Origin: Lingula anatina | Taxonomy: Eukaryota > Animalia > Brachiopoda | Assembly (NCBI GenBank): GCA_051362555.1 | Contig: CM120642.1 | Coordinates: 14,508,001 to 14,572,000, forward strand | DNA: 64,000 nt | Direction: 5' to 3' | Shown here: piece after piece, positions 1-14,700 of the stretch | How positions within the stretch are numbered: the first letter of the stretch is position 1 | How the letters are laid out: each line of letters starts with the position of its first letter | Position numbers and translations under genes: made by a program | The notes under the pieces: model-generated | Database searches by the model: none | Seen by the model: the letters and a program-made list of their open reading frames with translations, nothing else | What the model was told of the DNA's origin: nothing

Positions 1-258
1 CGCGGGGATAGATCGATCTAAAATCTATGGGAATAGAGCCTAACACCCCATTCTCATAGATTAGATCGACCTACATTGGATCGACCTAACTCCCTGGGGG
101 TTCACGCTAAATAGCTGTCAGCCGGGCGGACACGAAAGTTAATTACCCCTTATAGCTTGTAGTAGGCGGGGACGGACACTTAAGGCGGATTATCTGACAG
201 TAATCTAGTGAGACTCCCCGCGGTGATAGATCGATCTAAAAGTTGTGAGAACAGAGCC
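1..258. mobile_element. Harbinger-like MITE, head-to-tail pair (tail of one copy 1-40, full copy 44-258)
   Basis: 44-258 closely matches 24565-24779 (tccctgggggttcacgctaaatagctgtcag...gtaatctagtgagactccccgcgg). 1-40 repeats the element's right end. Imperfect TIRs (ccccattctcataga / ttgtgagaacagagcc). The copies are separated by TAA and followed by TTA. Confidence 0.75.
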
Positions 259-268
259 TTAGACTCAC

Positions 269-421
269 TCGTCAACTATGACATAAGGACATCTTCTCAG
301 TCTGTGAAAGCGACTATGCTTAAACTAATGGTGTGTGACGTGAAGCGATACCTGGGCGCTCTCGCACCTTGATCACTGCGACGAGACTGTCAGGAGATCT
401 TGGCCTCTCAGGCCTTTCTCT
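269..421 (-). other. Candidate spliced exon (probably 5'UTR) of a minus-strand gene continuing left of the window
   Basis: Minus-strand acceptor atttattag at 422-430 and strong donor CGA|GTGAGT at 268. Relatively CpG-rich. Its ATGs hit stops quickly. Confidence 0.3.
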
Positions 422-1716
422 CTAATAAATCTTGATATGATATTTATCTTTGAGATGTTGGACGTCGCTGTTATCACCCAGTTTTATTATCGGATCATCA
501 TTTTCTGAGATAAAGAAAATGGTTGTCCTCTTAAGTGATGGGAGGACTTACATTGATTCGTGTTGGTATTTCCTAAGCAATTTGGCTATACACAAGTGCT
601 GTGACTCATGCTTGAAGCCATATCTTTTCTAAATATAAATAAATGGCATTCCTATCTAAAATCGCCTGCTTTTGGTCATCGTGTATATTTAGCAGATTTT
701 ATCGAATGAAAATTAAAGTTTCTGTGAGCATTAAAATATTGCCTTCAACGTTACAGCATACCATTCTTGTGCTATGAAACTGCAATCTCATCACAGAAAA
801 CAAGTTTACATAGGCCATTCGCTGCTGACGTGACGACTAATCTTACCTCAATATAGCAATTTTAGTGTTTTGGAATTGTTTTTTTCTTTTTCCGCAACAG
901 TACCAGAAATGAACTCTCTAAACTGACGTATTTCTGTATGGATGGACAAGCAAACCTTCATTTCGATTTCCCGATAAACATTTAATGTATATGCCAAACG
1001 TTAAACATTCAACGAACCATAGCTATAACACTAGAAAACACTAAAGTAGATGAAAGCTCGCTTGGTTTGCTTTGTAAGATAAATTTCCATCTACCTGATA
1101 ATTTCAACCTACATATTTTTTAAGTAGCTAATGGAATCATCGATGCCAATTTTGGGAGACAAAGGCCGTGTTTACTAGCGACGACAGTGACGACACAAGA
1201 CGACAAGTTAAAGTAAGTCCTGTTGTAAAAAAAACTGTTAATTTCGGGTTCTGAACACTTGGCCATGTCTTTGAATTTTAAATGCCTAGATTTCATTGAG
1301 ATTCTTGATTTCATGTAATGTGCAAACGGAGAACGTTAGTTCTATGACAGAAGAGAGAAATAAAACTCTCCAGTATACCACGCAATTTATTGAATCAAAA
1401 AAACACACATGTAAGTTGTTCGATAAGACTTTGAACACTTGATACAATATGCCTTCACGCGTGAACGCATATAGCATGAACATAGAAACCAGCTGGGTTT
1501 TGCAATATCAACAGTGAAACTCGTAGGAATCAATAATGAATCCCAGGAAAGACCATTGTTCGGGACACCACAGAGCAAACATTGGCACTGTCCGTTTGAA
1601 AGACATGTATAACGTTGAACTCTGTATACATGTCGGTTTAGATAAGGGATGTTTACTCTTAACTCTGAAACGTTTCAAGACGAAATACTTCAAGTTGAAG
1701 GAGTGCAGTGAAAGTA

Positions 1717-1850
1717 TACTCTCTACCAGGGTGACAGATTGATTTTTCACAGATATTCACAAATATGTCTCTAGATAAATAGACAGTCATTTGGCTGTGT
1801 GTGGATTTTTCCGTTTTTCCCTATATAACCTGCCACCCTGGAAGAGGGTA
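1717..1850. mobile_element. ~135-bp MITE, copy 1
   Basis: TIR tac(t/c)ctctaccagggtgacag ... ctgccaccctgg(a/t)agagggta. Internal sequence (gattgatttttcac, tagataaatagac.gtcatttgg) is shared with 13980-14120. Confidence 0.7.
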
Positions 1851-4800
1851 GTGAAGGTACATCACAGGGATCGATGCAGAAGATAGCCCAGAGACATAGG
1901 GTTTCCATAAAAGATTGCCTGTTTGGTATGTCTAACACGGCGTGAAATGGCCGTTCCGCCACCGGGTAACGCAATATCGATGCTCTTTCATAATCAGGTA
2001 TTGTTTTCATTCAAGGGTAAGAAATTTCCTTGATATTTTCAGAGTGCCTTTTGTGTCTTTTTCGTTTTTCTTAATTGTAAATCAATTAAACTGCACCCAT
2101 TAACCGCAGTATTATCCCATGTTTTGGTGATGCCAAAGGCCATAATAACCCATAAGTTTACGACGTATTTGCCAAATATTAAGAAATCTACTTTTCAAAA
2201 TGGTCGTAGTAATTTATAAAGTAATAAGGTTTAGATACAAACATATTAATAATTAGGAAAAAACTGCATGACAGTTGCTATCTTTATTCATAAAGTAAAG
2301 AATTACGCAAGTACCTTATTCTAGGTAACAACCAAGAAATTGACTGATGATATTCAAAAGACGATATGTATAAATGTTACATCTTGGCAAAACTTTTGAC
2401 ACGTAAAACATTTGGCAACGGGTGTATACTAAATGCATGGAAAGACGAGATAACCAAAGTATCTTGTGTGTCATAGGGTGGGACTTCGTTTTGGTTAAAA
2501 TAGCACGACACTGCACTCTTGTTACAGTGTCCTTACCAAGTTTGGTACCTCTATCTCACACTGCTGTTTTGGTTATTTACTCATCAAACAGGACATTGGC
2601 ATAAAGCACAGTATCTGTGGCACGGAACATCACTCCAAATTCCATAGATCTTAGATTTTAAAAGCACTCAAATGGATCAAGGATTAAACCCGCTTCCTCT
2701 TTCCAGCGCAACGTCATTTATTTCTATTGTGTCATACACCTTATGGAGAGATGTCAAGAGATCTTTGAACATGAGTATCGTATCGATTGTTGAATTATAG
2801 GAAGCCAAGTGCATGACAATGATACATAACTGAAAACTTGGAGAAAAAAAGGAGAAATAAATTATTTCTAACTTCAGGGTGTTGTCATGACTGTAAAGTT
2901 TTAAAATGTGCATACATCAAGGGCGGGTCTAGATGCACAAGGGGAGGACATTCTCTGCCTCTTTGCCCTCTCAGTAAATCGCTTAATACAATACAAGTAA
3001 ACGGTATATGTACGATTTCAACTCGGATTTTTGTACCCCTAGGCCTACACCTCTCTCTGTACGCTTATATATGTGCACACCCATATTTACATTATTCACT
3101 GTTCAGTTTGTTTGGTGTTGAAGCTACCGTATATAATCTTATATGCGACAAGTTTTATAAAGTTTGCCAACCCCGAGGCTGCAAATCACGCCATGCATCA
3201 AAACAGGGACAAAATCCCGATCAATTAAGGTGAATACCTCGCGCTGCCTAATTAGAAATCAATGGCGACTGGATTAAGATGGATTGGATTAAAGCCCCCA
3301 TCAGGGACCACTGACCATTCATTGAATTATTTACACGCTGGAAAACCACAATATTGAACAACTATAAGCACAAAGCAAGGGAAATTCCGTACCAATCTAA
3401 AGCCATCTAGCTGCATGCACCCCGAATTTTATTAGTGTCTGCGCAGATCAGTCCAAACTTTTTTCCAAACCTTACCATACCAAGGAGGTCCAGATAAGCA
3501 TAAAGAATTGAATTTAACTTATTCAAAATACAATAGACACTGAAACCCAGGGTACGAGCAAGTTTACAGAGTATACCTGATCCTCTTTCAGGATTACCAA
3601 GCACCTGACTGCGTTCATAATGACATACATACAACAGCGAGTAACTGTGATAGTTACAGCTCATGTTACCTATTGAAAACACAGGTCATGATTGCTATAT
3701 CTCCCAGCGCTGCTGATGTTTTTGATGAATCTTCAATCTCAGCTATGAATAATACATATTTCTTAAACGCTAAATGATGGTTTATCACTAATCCCCAGGC
3801 GACCTCCATAACACAAGGGGCGTGGCACTCGGGACTATAACACACGTGTCTCCGTCAAGCCCTAACGTACAAGAACACTACCCTTTTTTCTAAACACATG
3901 CCCCTGTTCATTTCCATTTGCAACCAAATCTATTTTCTGTATTATTTAAACAGATAATAAGACTACAAAAAATCATGCCATTCTTGAATGTGAAGGGGAC
4001 AAATATGCGACCTTGACAATTTCCCTGTAGGCATTTCAACCAGTCTGTGTCAACCACTGTGTTTAAATTCTAATTTAGTGTCATAAGTTGATAACATCTC
4101 GGTACGGGGTGCAATCATGGTACCTTGCCAGTGCCGTCTTGAGCTCTGTAGAGAGCACTAATCATTACTAACCATTGTCCTTACTTTTTCACGGCATTTG
4201 ACTGCATTTTACCCCTTAAATAGATCCTGTTTGAAAACACATATTTGGCAGTTTATTAAGTATACAAAGGATTTCCTTCTTTTTGAAAGAGCACCGGTAG
4301 TTCACGAAGGGAGAAAGAGTGGGTCACAATTCACTTTTATTCTATTGTGTAAGTGACAGCTGGAAAATGCTGATAACTAAAGAGAATCCGGATGCAAGGA
4401 CAACTAACAAGTTCCTCCCGGAAATCAGTGTAACCAGATTTAATTTCGCTCTCTCTTCTCCCTTTCTCTCTGAACCCCGTCTCTCTCAGTTTTATTACTT
4501 CTAGAAATCCAGCATATATTTCAACAAACAACGTACCACCCAGAGCAAAACTATTTTGCAATAAGAGGAGCCGTGAACCATTAAGATGATTGCATTCTAC
4601 CGTGCTAATATTTGTCTTCGTTTTTTTAATTCACATTCCCAAGAGCACCCCGCCTCATATGGCGACAGTTGTCTTTTTGCTGCGACATCTCAGTTTTGTG
4701 TAATATCTCCTGAGTGTTTGTGTGTCCGTGTGTGTGCAGCCTCGGGTTGAGCCAAAGCAGCGACTACAGTGTGTCACGCTAGCACTAGTGTTCAATATTG

Positions 4801-7800
4801 AAGACAAAACAATGGAGCAATACTTAAGGTGTTATTAAATAAACAAAAGTGAAATAAAGAATTGGACTGTTGCCTTGCATAAATGTTTACTCCATTTACC
4901 GAGATGCTTTTACTTTTTTCCTTCACAAATGAAATGAACCCTTTCCTTAACAAATGAAATATGTTATGAACCTCACGCGACACCGTTTATTTGTCTACAA
5001 ATTAACGTTTGTTTATTTGTTTGGCCGTCAACAGAACTAGGCAAGGTGTTAGAAATGCGGGTTAATAGCACCGATCCTTTGTTCTCTCACCTCCTATAAA
5101 CAATGATGTACTGTAAAATCATTGGATTTGGCCATAAGTTTTGATTATCTGCCCATGCTTTTTTATTCTGCGCAATTACATGTTAGTCAGTAACTTTTAA
5201 TGACTCTATATACAACCATCTTAACTATACAAACATACCCGACCGAATTTTTATTGAGAGATAACACGTTAATATGCCAACGACAAAAATCAAAATAAAG
5301 GAGAGGAAGATTGAACGGTTTTCAATATAAGGAATCCGTTACAAGGACTCACAATTCTCTGAACAACTAAATCAGGTTTTATCGTGACGTTTCTGGGTTA
5401 AAACGGTTAAGATATTGATAGCGCCGTTAAGGACCATATGGCGTGTAATAAAACGTAATAGGGTCAAAACAATATTATTACATGGTGTCATCAAGAAAGA
5501 ACGTACCAAAATATGATGTTATTAACGACTCCACAAAGTACATTATAAAAGATGAAGTCTAAAGAACCAACCCCTTACACTCTTGATTTCATAGAAGAAA
5601 CCCATTTATCGAAGACATGTTACGCTATCCTAACTTCAATAGATGAAATCTCTTTACTAATGTTACGCAACATTGAGAACAACACATACAGACGATGTCA
5701 TACATGTCGATGTCACTCTTTACACTACTTCTCGCCTATAAACAGCTGAACAATTCGTCTGCTGCGAGATAAAATCAATAGACCTACGCCCAGGATAATA
5801 CTATACATTATCTGATATATACGATACAGAGTTTTAACTGAAACTGTTAAACTGAGCAAAAACAGACTAGGCACCGCACATTACCTTTTGCCATGTTTCT
5901 CTGCGTCCGTCTGGCGCTGTTGTGTCACACGTTTATGTTTACAATACCAATCCTACAATACAGTCATCGGGGCCCAGTCGCGGTTTGCCTTCCGTGTCAA
6001 AGGCAAGCTGGTAAACGATGTTAAACTTTCGCCCTGATCGATAACGGTAAGTGCGATTAACAGAGCGATGTAAATGTAATCTAACTAAACCATTTGAATG
6101 GATCCGTCAAGCTAAAAATACATGTTTAAAACTGCAGACGCTCAGGGAAAACCGTTGTCCGTCCGCCGTTGTCTCGTGTCGTCTGGTCGATATGCTTTTG
6201 TACCGGAAGTGGTGGGGAGCGGTTAGTCACTACTTAACTTCATATAGGCCTACGCTTTGCGGCCTTTTGTGGTTTAATGAAACAATAACGTTTTATTGTC
6301 AGGAGCACAAGGCTTTAAGTGGGGATTGGGGAGGGGTAGGCAGTCAAGTGGTAGTTAACACTTCAAGGGACGCAGCATGGTGTCCGCTTAACCTTGTTAA
6401 GATTTCGAAGCACGGTACAAAACAACGACGGTTTTGAAGTCACGCACTTCGTGCTAATAAGAAACACTTAGGTGATTAGAACTATACCGTGGCGGTTTTC
6501 AACTCCTTTCTTTTGAGGTGCACTTTAATAGATACACATCAGGGCAGGGTTTAATTCAGAACGGGGTCACCTATTCATTTGAACTTATTATGAAAATTGC
6601 CCATGCAGGGATACAAATTAGGGGACGTGAGGTCCGTAGAGTGGATTTGATGAGCTACTCTGTCCTCACATACAGGACCATAGCAGATAATAGGACAACA
6701 ACAAAGGTATACAAACGTCTTTGGACGGCATCAATTCACCGTGAGTGCCATTGTCCACAGCCTTAACATACTTGACGAAGCCCTGTTAATATCCATCTAC
6801 CTGATTATTGCATAACTTCTCAATTCTAACTACCGCTTAGATGCGCATCTGTGGACACACCGTCTTTTCACAGCCGCGTGATATTCAAGTCAACAAGAGC
6901 TTGCGAGGACGTACCAAAGCCCAGACCCACACCAAATCGTGCCCATGAACTGTGTTTTATACTATCCACAGTATATACTATGCACAGTAATAAATGGAAA
7001 ACGACCAAATACCTAGGTATCTGCATATCTATAAAAAGCAACAATGAACAATAACATACCTGTGAGCATATTTACAATATACACGCTTTCCAGACCCGCC
7101 CAGCGATCAGTAGCTTTCCTCCCCAGCTTTTCTTTGTTTTAGAGTGCTTCAGTCGTAAAATTTCACCAGACCATACACATAATACAAGGTGAACCAGACA
7201 CCGCCGCGCTTCACATTCAGAGGGAAAGTAGTTAACGACACTCTCGCTGCACGCTGTCAAAGTGAAACAACGCGTCGGAACCCCATCCCCTCTCATCCGT
7301 CTCACGAGATCAGAACCACTTCCCATAACAATCTCGGCTCACCAGGGGATTTTAAACACTAAGTGATGTTTTTGTTTTCCTTAACAGAGAAGCCAGTCAA
7401 AAAAGGAAAAGACGTGGTGTAAAACAAACAAATTATTTAGAGAAAAACAAATATTTGCGTTGCACCACCAAGAAAGCCACCCGTGAATACACCTGTATTG
7501 TGACGATGGGACCAGTATGCAAACAAATCCAAGACCGAGTTAATAGACCGCGGAATCGACTGAATGCCAGGAATAAAGCCCCAGTACGGGAGAACGGACC
7601 GCTGTCAATCGCCTTTCTGACCTACGCATCAATGGACTGGTTTGCAGAGTGCACTAAGCCGCTTTGAAGTCCTTTGCCCGAGGATTAGTTACATTAATAC
7701 AATCAGTGCGGAAAGTGAGCTGAGTTAGCACCTTTCTGCAATGCAGCGATTGAAACATTTTGAATAAAGGCACTTTTTTTTTTAACAAAGTGGCGGGCTT

Positions 7801-7994
7801 TGGGTTCGGGACACAAGTGTTAAATATTAAGTATCGTATATATTCAAGGTGTATATATTCAAGTAGAAAAAATGTGCCTGTATTAACATAATACTTTGAA
7901 ATTGTCGTTACCTGATTGTTCCCCATATATAAGGAAGGCTTTTTGTATTTATACACCACAGCTCTTTTTATACTGATTTGCCGTTACATACCAG

Positions 7995-8019
7995 TGTGTG
8001 TGTGTGTGTGTGTGTGTGT
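7995..8019. repeat. (GT)n microsatellite
   Basis: Direct reading. Confidence 0.9.
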
Positions 8020-10308
8020 ATCAGGCCCGTAGCATCAATTTCAAAAGGGGGTTCTTTTTCTGAAAAGTGGACCTTTTACCATGAAACCTTTTTGTACCTA
8101 GATAAAATTATATCCAGAGGGACCTTCTTGCGACCCCCCCCCCCCCCGAACCCTCCCTGGCTATTTATATATCATATACGGTATATGCTATGAGATCTGT
8201 ACATTTGCACCAGATGAGTTTTTGTATAAGCACACAGCGGCAGAGTACGCATCTGCGCCATATACTTCGCCTTTTTGTCTATCGATTCCCTTTGTCTTCA
8301 GGTGTTACTCAGCTATAAATAATAAACTGAACAAATATAGTTCTCAACACTTTGGGAATAATTATATTGGCAACTCTGTATAACCATACAGTAAAAAAAC
8401 TGTGCAATCGACACAGCTAAACTGACTGAACCCTGGACCTTTCAATGCTCTGATGCCTCATCTCCGCAATAAGGAATAGTCTCGTGCGTCAACTTAATTT
8501 TCTTAAGTAATATAAGCCATTAATCATCACCGTGTCATCACTGATGAAGAATTTCAGTGCTTATCAAGTGGATAGCATTCAACTCCATTTTAGGACACAA
8601 TCTACCTGTAAAATACACAAAATAACTGAGAACGCAACCGTATGATCTAATCCAGGTCACCCTTTAAAGATAACTCGAGTAGTACGATTCTGCTAGTTGC
8701 GATGTATCCGTGAGTTTACACTTGGACATAATAAGGTTTACATGTCGCAACTTATTAACGTTTCTAATATATATATGTCATCAAAATGCTTTCTGCACAA
8801 AAATACAAACTGTGTGATGCAAATTATATTTAAAAATGTAGCCATTACGTGTCAGAAAAAAGAAAAATATAAACTTAGATATGTAGAACATATCTGAAAA
8901 TGATCAGTTCGGTTCGATGTATTTAGATAAAATTCTCATAAACTGATCTAATAAATGTTACAAACGTAGAACACACCAAACAACGTTGTTTTCTGTGTGT
9001 GTGTGTGGGGGGGGGGGGGGGGGGGGGCTAGGGCACTTAACGCGGGGAGCAGATGAACCTCGCGTAGTTGACAGGCGCTCTGTTCGATTGCATGCTGTAT
9101 TGTGACCCAAAGGCATGTCAATGCTGTAGCTTCCACAACCTGTTTCCTCTAAGATAATATGTGTTAATCATGCCTCAATGATGATCATAATAGGTTCCCT
9201 CTTTTGTGAATTGCTCGTGGGCACAGTAACAGGCATTTCCTTGGTCGCTCCGTGCATTTATTTGGTCTGCATCCTATCTTTACAAATGTTTTCGTAAATT
9301 ATATAAAGATTGGGCTTGTGCTGCTGTTAATATTCAGTACTAGTCTTGCTTACTGCATAGTGTTAGGGCAGTGAACGGTGTAGTGAGGTTGTGCAACACG
9401 TCGACCCTAGTAGGCTACAGGTTATACCATACATGTACTTCTGTGGTTATACCTAGTAGTTATCTATTGTAAGCGAGCATTACACCCACCGGAAAAAAAG
9501 TACTACATCTCTTCATTTGTCCTGTCAAATAGTCGACATTTTTTTCGAACTGATTCTACTTTGAGTCAATAGGTGTATGGAGGAACCGGATTATCATTTT
9601 ACCTGAGAAACCAGTCGACGTGTAAGAAAATGATTAACGTTCGCGATTTTTTTACCAATGAATTACACCCACACAGTTGAGTGCCCCACCCCCTCCCCCA
9701 CCATAAACCCACATCCTCAGCTGGATAACTTAACTGGCATGTCCCGTTGGTCTATTTTTGTCTTTTTAAAGGTACTGTTCTATTTTAAAGTTCGCTGCAT
9801 ATATACCTGCAAAGGGTATGTACTGTTTTGCTACATTCACAAGCTAAAAAACACCTGTTTCCTGAACACCCGACGCAGCTGTCATCGGCATTGTTGGTAT
9901 TAAACTTGACAGTAATAAGACCACCATCTCGTGCTATCGAAGATGCATAAAAGAAAAAAAGTAAAATACGTCTTGCTTGCTAGGGAGGAGGTTATTAAAT
10001 GTTTTGTGTTCAAAAGTATATTTTCAACTCTAGTGCACGCGAAAAAATATTTAACCACCCATACTGGGTCGCCCTATAAAACCCTTCGCCTCCTATACTA
10101 TCCGATTCCAACGACCTCACGCGTCACATGTCGATTCATCTCTGAAGCGGGTGTTGCTTCTTGAACACCGTGGTTCCAAAAAATCTCTCGAGGCCAGTTG
10201 AGGCTGTAGGCCTACATTTGTTTAATTGAAAAGTGCCATAGTGTTATGTGGCAGTTAAGTGACTGTGGTATAGTACACTCTGAGGGGGACTATACATGCT
10301 GTTGTAAT

Positions 10309-10316
10309 TGTTGATG

Positions 10317-10348
<32 letters not shown>

Positions 10349-10381
10349 GGTGGTGTGCGTGTGTGTGTGTGTGTGTGTGTG
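10309..10381. repeat. Compound (GTT)n(GGT)n(GT)n microsatellite
   Basis: Direct reading. Confidence 0.9.
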
Positions 10382-12382
10382 ATTTTCATTATGAGACCTT
10401 ACAATTGACCATGGGGAGTTTGTATCTAGTGTTGCAAGAAGTTATAACTTCTTGAGTGTTGTATCGATATATAAGAACGGCGCATTTCCTTACCCGTTTA
10501 AAATCACTTATACATTGTACCTTCCATTCATCTTGTGCATAACCTCTACGTTCACATACAAACAAACACAGATAACCTTTTTATAAGTGAACAATATAAT
10601 ATTTTTCTCCTCCTATTTATCATGTCTGCAGGCTAGGCTTGTTCAGACGCTGAAGCGGGTGAATCACCCTCGCGACGTGACAGTTTAACCAACGCCAGTT
10701 TAACGGATTCATCGTTAATTAAAGACCATTATGCACAATTACTTCGCCGCCTCTGCAGCAAAAATTAAAAGCGTGAAGAAACTTCTTACATACACAATGA
10801 AAAACTCACTTAAGTGATCATATTATACAGAGAACCAATTACGTACGTACGGCATACATAGACACATTTATTCAACGATGCCCATATATTCTTCACACTC
10901 TGTATGTTTCTTACACTTCCGCTATTGAAATGATTTGACAGCAGAATAACAATATTTGGTATGCTACAGGTACCTCGGTCGCGCTGTGGAAACCTATTAT
11001 GCAGAGATATAAACCAAATTGATGACGCGTTGAAAGAGAGAAGACGCGACCCTGTCCCCGCCGCCAGCATTTATAGTGACTGTCTGTTTTGCAGACGGAC
11101 ACCAGCAGAATTTCCATTAATGATAAATTAATACCTCCATTTTAATCCATGTTTGTAATTTGGGTCTTAATTGTTGTAAGTATACTAATTACATTATATT
11201 GCTTGGGAGCTAGAATGCTAAATGATAAAAGATAATGAAAGATTCTGTAACACACAATAAACGCACCCTGTGAACGGCGTGTCATTCATTCACCACTGAA
11301 TTCTGCTTTGCCAGAGCAATGGATTTCCAACTACAAATTCAGAGCTCTAAATTTCATATCAGTTGCATTCATTTATAATTCACACTGTCCTCATGCTTGC
11401 CGAATATCCTCTCATAATTAACTATATGTCACAATTATGAGTCAATAGCCTATTCTAGTAATAAAAATGAGGTATCTGTATTCTACCCTGTCAAACTGCA
11501 AAATAACTTAGGGCTTTCCCAAGGGCTTCTCCCATAGGGTGCCCCTCTTTGCCCCCATGTATTCACACTTTCGCACCCCCGGAGCACCTGTAGGCTAAAG
11601 CAAAATTGCATTTAGAAACATTCAGACAGTTATTTTATACCGGGCTCCAAAACATATATGCGTCAGACCTTATATACTATTTATTACCAAAAGAGCACAT
11701 GGTATGACAGAGGACATTTCACTTAGAGAGAAGTCTATGCAGTAAAAACTATATACGATGTACTAGTATATGGATATCATAACAAGTGTGTGATCCTTGA
11801 AATATAAACCGGCTCTCGATTATCCAGGCTAAGGAATAGCAAATACAGGCTCAAATGAAGTTTGATTTTGCTCGAGGTAGGCCTGCTGTTGAATAGTAGG
11901 CCTATACATGTATATAGCCTAGTGTTTTAATACAAACAAGGAGTCCATATGATTTTAATGTAGTTATTAAGCCTGTCGCAACTCTATTAACGGTTACCTT
12001 CACTGTCAATGCTGACACACAACGGTGCTGCAGTGACAGAATTATCACACAGCCATATGAATTGTTGGCATTATTAATATTCCATTTGACCCAATTCAGA
12101 ATTTCCATGTGTGTCATCAACTTTTAAAATTTGTTGTTCTGCAGGACCGCCTTGACATGACAGTGCATTCAAAATCAAAAATGATTGATCTGTTTTTGAA
12201 TAAAAGAGACTTGGATTTGCTTACCTGAAAAGAGTTTTAAACAGTTGGATCTAACTCCATGACCCAAACAGAATTCCCACGAATGTTACACAGATTGCAC
12301 AAAAGCAAAACTTTCAACAATTATCAAAATAATATTTTCTCAAGTTGGCCCATGAAGTATGAGATAATACAGAAATGCTTAC

Positions 12383-12577
12383 CTGGTCAGCGATGTAGAC
12401 GAGTGGACAGCCGTATACAATGTATGGAGATCAGTACACAAACGCTGTTGACAGGTGTGTGACACTCGGTGACACAGAGCAACCGGTCTGTGACAGAAGG
12501 CTCAGCTGCTCTGATCACGGAATTCTGCGATCTGACCACAAAAACTACCCTTTTCTGCTAGGCGTTGTGCTTATATA
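12383..12577 (-). promoter_or_regulatory. Putative TATA promoter and ATG-free first exon (about 12546-12383) of a minus-strand gene
   Basis: Minus-strand TATATAA at 12577-12571. Inr-like GTAGTT with A at 12546, 31 nt downstream. No ATG in 12546-12383. Consensus donor CAG|GTAAGC at 12382. Confidence 0.45.
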
Positions 12578-13979
12578 TGATCTGAGGTACGAAATCGTGT
12601 AAGATGTAGCCTGTGGAAAGTTTCACATTCAGTTTGCCACCTATATATTGATACAAGTGTCTCAAACTGCCGTGACTCATGCCCAAGGGAGACTATGCGG
12701 GTAACCTTACAGGTCTCAATGGACTGATAGTTATGATGATGGAGTGATGTGAAAAAAAGCAGGAATGTGTCATCTTTATGCGGGGTACGAATGTTGTAAA
12801 AAGGATGCAAGAAGTTAGGATCTACATTCTTCCGTTTGAGTTTAACAACAGGTTTACAATATCTTTATAATTTTAAAGTTAAAACAACATGTTCAAAAGA
12901 AATTGTATACGTGACAGAGATAACGAAACAATAACGGACACGAAGCATTTTAAATAATTTGTAAGAAAATGAAAAACAGAAGACTGAGATTTCCTTTATT
13001 TTCCAAAGATATATAAATCGACTTGCTCACTACTAAGATTACTTAAAAAGCTTTGCCATGTCTCACATATCATTTGCTATAATATAGTTTCTTTATCTTT
13101 GAAAATAACTGCCATAAGTTACTAGTTAAAAGGATTTATTAATCCTTTTTCAATATGTAATGTAGATAGCCTTTAGGAATTACTATAAACGCCTACTTTT
13201 CACCACAGGTACGTTTGATGTATACAAATTGGCCAACCCAAGAAACCTGTTAAATATTTTTCTTGATCTGAATTACTACTGCAGTCGAGAAGCTATCATA
13301 ATTGTAATCGGATCCCCCCTGCAAACGGGTCCAATATTGTGCGTATTCTTTCACATTCTTTTATCACTTGTGCAGTTGACTTTAAAACCAGATTGCACAC
13401 TAACAACAGGTGATATTACAGCAGGTTTACCAGGTTGAAAGTAAACCACACCTTAGTCACACTACACGAGACAAGTAACCGAATAAATATTCTCCTACCG
13501 TGGCTTGATTGAAACAGGATTGGAGCAAGGTTTTCATATTCAAGACACTGTATTTGGCTTAGACTTTTTGCATATTGTGTAATGGTATGCGGGGTTAAAA
13601 ATCAGCTATTTTTTTCTCCTTTTGTATTTTTTGTCACGTGTTTTACCCTTTAGGGAAGTGTAAAGCTTACCGCGCCATTTGCTCTCCTGAAAGAGAGGGA
13701 GAGGTTACATTTCATGTCAGTATTAAAAGACGATTATCTTTAATTCTTGTTTATTTAGTATTCGTGTATCATAAACGTAATTTTAGAACAGAATTCAAAA
13801 GTGGCTCACGTGGACCACATGGCGTGGTATCAAAGCAAACCGGGTTGAAGATTTCAAGCCATAAGTGCACTTTTGATTTTTGAAAACTCTATTTGCAGCC
13901 ATTGAAAAACATCTGTTTAAAAATCAACATGGATACTGCTCACTTCTTTAGAAACACTTTGACCAATTGTAGATGATTG

Positions 13980-14120
13980 TACCCTCTACCAGGGCGACAG
14001 ATTGATTTTTTCACAAGACATTCACAGATATGCCTTTAGATAAATAGACGGTCATTTGGTTTCCTGTCTTTTGGCTTTTGGAAATTTTACTTATAATATC
14101 TGCCACCCTGGTAGAGTGTA
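13980..14120. mobile_element. ~140-bp MITE, copy 2
   Basis: TIR taccctctaccagggcgacag ... ctgccaccctggtagagtgta. Homologous to 1717-1850. Confidence 0.7.
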
Positions 14121-14631
14121 CGATGATAACACGTTTCGTGGAAAACTCTAATTGGCACATTATTTTCAATAGCCCAAAAGAAGTGTGAGATTACTGCAGG
14201 TTGGCGTAGAAGGCAAGTAAAAGTTTTGGTGTTCACAGAACGGCAATTGCAGTAGATGTGACAGGATTTCTCAACTGCAATACTTGGTAGTCTACTCACT
14301 AGGTCACGTCGTCGACTCGATGTCGTGTGTGTCACACAGTGTTATCACCAAAACTAGGTCGCAAATGTTGATTCTCGAATAATATTCCACTTGCGAGGTC
14401 AAAAGTGACTAGAATTTCTCTCTAACCCGAGACTGCGGTAGTGGGTACAGATATTTTTACTGTATACTTAGATGAAGTGGGTCTCTAACCAGCCGTCTAA
14501 TTTTCAAGCGAGTGTCTTGTTCACTGCAAATATTTGCAAGACTACACACCCTGTATTTTGATACGTGAGCTGCATTATTAATATCAGAGAAGGGACTTCC
14601 GGGATATTTGTACGGTACGTTACATGCAGTA

Positions 14632-14681
<50 letters not shown>

Positions 14682-14700
14682 GCACGCACGCACACACGCT
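14632..14700. repeat. (CT)n(CA)n compound microsatellite
   Basis: Direct reading. Confidence 0.9.

Noticed and set aside
8021-8164. hAT-like MITE (caggcccgtagc...ccctggcta)
   Set aside because: Right terminus is truncated and no TSD is visible; too degraded to call.
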